From contig NC_092671.1 of assembly GCF_964355755.1 (NCBI RefSeq), positions 10,292,001 to 10,356,000 on the forward strand: a stretch of DNA of 64,000 bases, given 5' to 3'. The position numbers and the translations under genes were made by a program. Positions 62,568-64,000 of the stretch are shown here, one piece after another; positions within the stretch are counted from its first letter, which is position 1, and each line of letters begins with the position of its first letter. A model generated the notes under the pieces. That model worked only from the letters and a program-made list of their open reading frames with translations. It was not told where the DNA came from and did not search any database. The stretch comes from Antedon mediterranea (Eukaryota; Animalia; Echinodermata).

Positions 62568-64000
62568 TAACATCCCCTTCACAAAATGTTTTTACCATAT
62601 AAATCAACATGATTATGGTAAATGTATATAGGTTTTCGTCTATGGAGATCCTAATCCTTCATCGTAACATCTATTAAAATATGGTGCATAATAAATACGC
62701 ATAATTATCATATCATTCCACATTATCAGAATATTATAACCTAGAGAAGTTAAACGTGAACACATTTTTATAGGATCGTTGATCGAAAGATTATTACATA
62801 TCAATTCCATTAGGAATAAATGAACCCATGAAATCCATTGGGAAACTTCATCTTGTCAAACTATATGATTTAAATGTCAGCCAACGTAAATCAAGCTAAA
62901 TTATTTAAACTAAATCAAGTTTTCAAATTAGGTCAAAGTGACAAATTAATGAATTGTATCTTTACCATACCATCAATTTAATAATTAATTCTATTTTCAA
63001 TGCTACAGTACGGGACAACCTACTGTAATTAAAAGGGGGGCACTTTTCTATGAAACGAACAAAGGCTATTAATGTACAGTATGTTTTCACACTACGGCAG
63101 ACCTCCTCGTAATAATATAACGTTAAAACGGTCCCACAACTATTCACCTAGACAAAGGGTGCGCTATAACATTTCCATGACAAAATTAATGGTTTCTACC
63201 CAAGTAATAAAGAGGGAGCACTACAGTACAGTATATAAATGTTTACAATATTTCCTATTTCTGATTGTAACCAGTGACACATCATGTGATGATTTTCATA
63301 GTATTTATTTATTAGTTATTATATAAAGGAATATGTGACATTTTTCCAATTTATTACGCATTTACAAGCACAAAACACACACAACATTGTGGTGATACAG
63401 TGTTTGGATAGAATAGCAACATTATGTCTTTCTACATTTGATATTAAAACTTGAATATTGAAATTCAGAATGACTTTACATAAGGACAATGTTATAATTG
63501 AGAAAAAGAATCCATTTAAATCAATATTTGTGAATTATTCACATTTATAATAATGATAATTACATAAAAACTGTTTAATGAACACATTAAAATATGTTTA
63601 TTGATCATTGGATGGAATATAGCAGTGTTCTCTTTGTTATAGATCTATAAATCGCTGTATAAATTAATTTAAAACCGGTGAGAGATCTGATCAAAGAAAC
63701 ATCAATGACAGTTGTGGTTAATTTACATCTAACTAATTGATGTGTCATTAATTAACATCAAACATCAGATATTGATGCAGCCAATATAGCTTCACTATTA
63801 GATATTTGATGTTATATTGATGTAGCCAAGCCTAGACCAGTAAAATTACCTGATTGCAAATAGATGTATGCTATTTATAGAACACTGTGACGTCAAACGG
63901 GATCGCTTGCTCGCCATCTTTATGAAAGGTGAATTAGCAGAGCCATTTACTTCTCTGTTCAATTTAAGTGCAATACTCAAAATCTAAAAAGAAACCTTAT

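Overview
This is AT-rich eukaryotic (invertebrate animal) genomic DNA, not prokaryotic. The window is occupied by one multi-exon gene on the minus strand: a type I (Ca2+/EF-hand) diacylglycerol kinase of the DGKA/DGKB/DGKG group, closest to DGK-beta by my recall of the N-terminal sequence. I assembled by hand 19 GT-AG coding exons between 44850 and 6888 (2504 nt, about 834 codons), all with compatible splice phases. They encode the recoverin-homology N-terminus, two EF-hands, two C1 domains, and the catalytic and accessory domains. I could not find the canonical first or last coding exons, which probably lie outside the window. Extra in-frame cassette candidates (36 nt, 60 nt, possibly 3 nt), an in-frame alternative donor and a candidate alternative first exon suggest extensive alternative splicing. 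The introns hold Harbinger-like and Tc1-like MITEs, a HINE-like element, L2/CR1 3' ends, tRNA- and 5S-derived SINE pieces, several minisatellites and a 78-bp palindrome. The minisatellites include an 85-bp hairpin array, a 40-bp array inside a LINE tail and an AAAGGTCA array. No CRISPR, operon or clearly new multi-gene system is supported; most listed ORFs are spurious or exon read-throughs.
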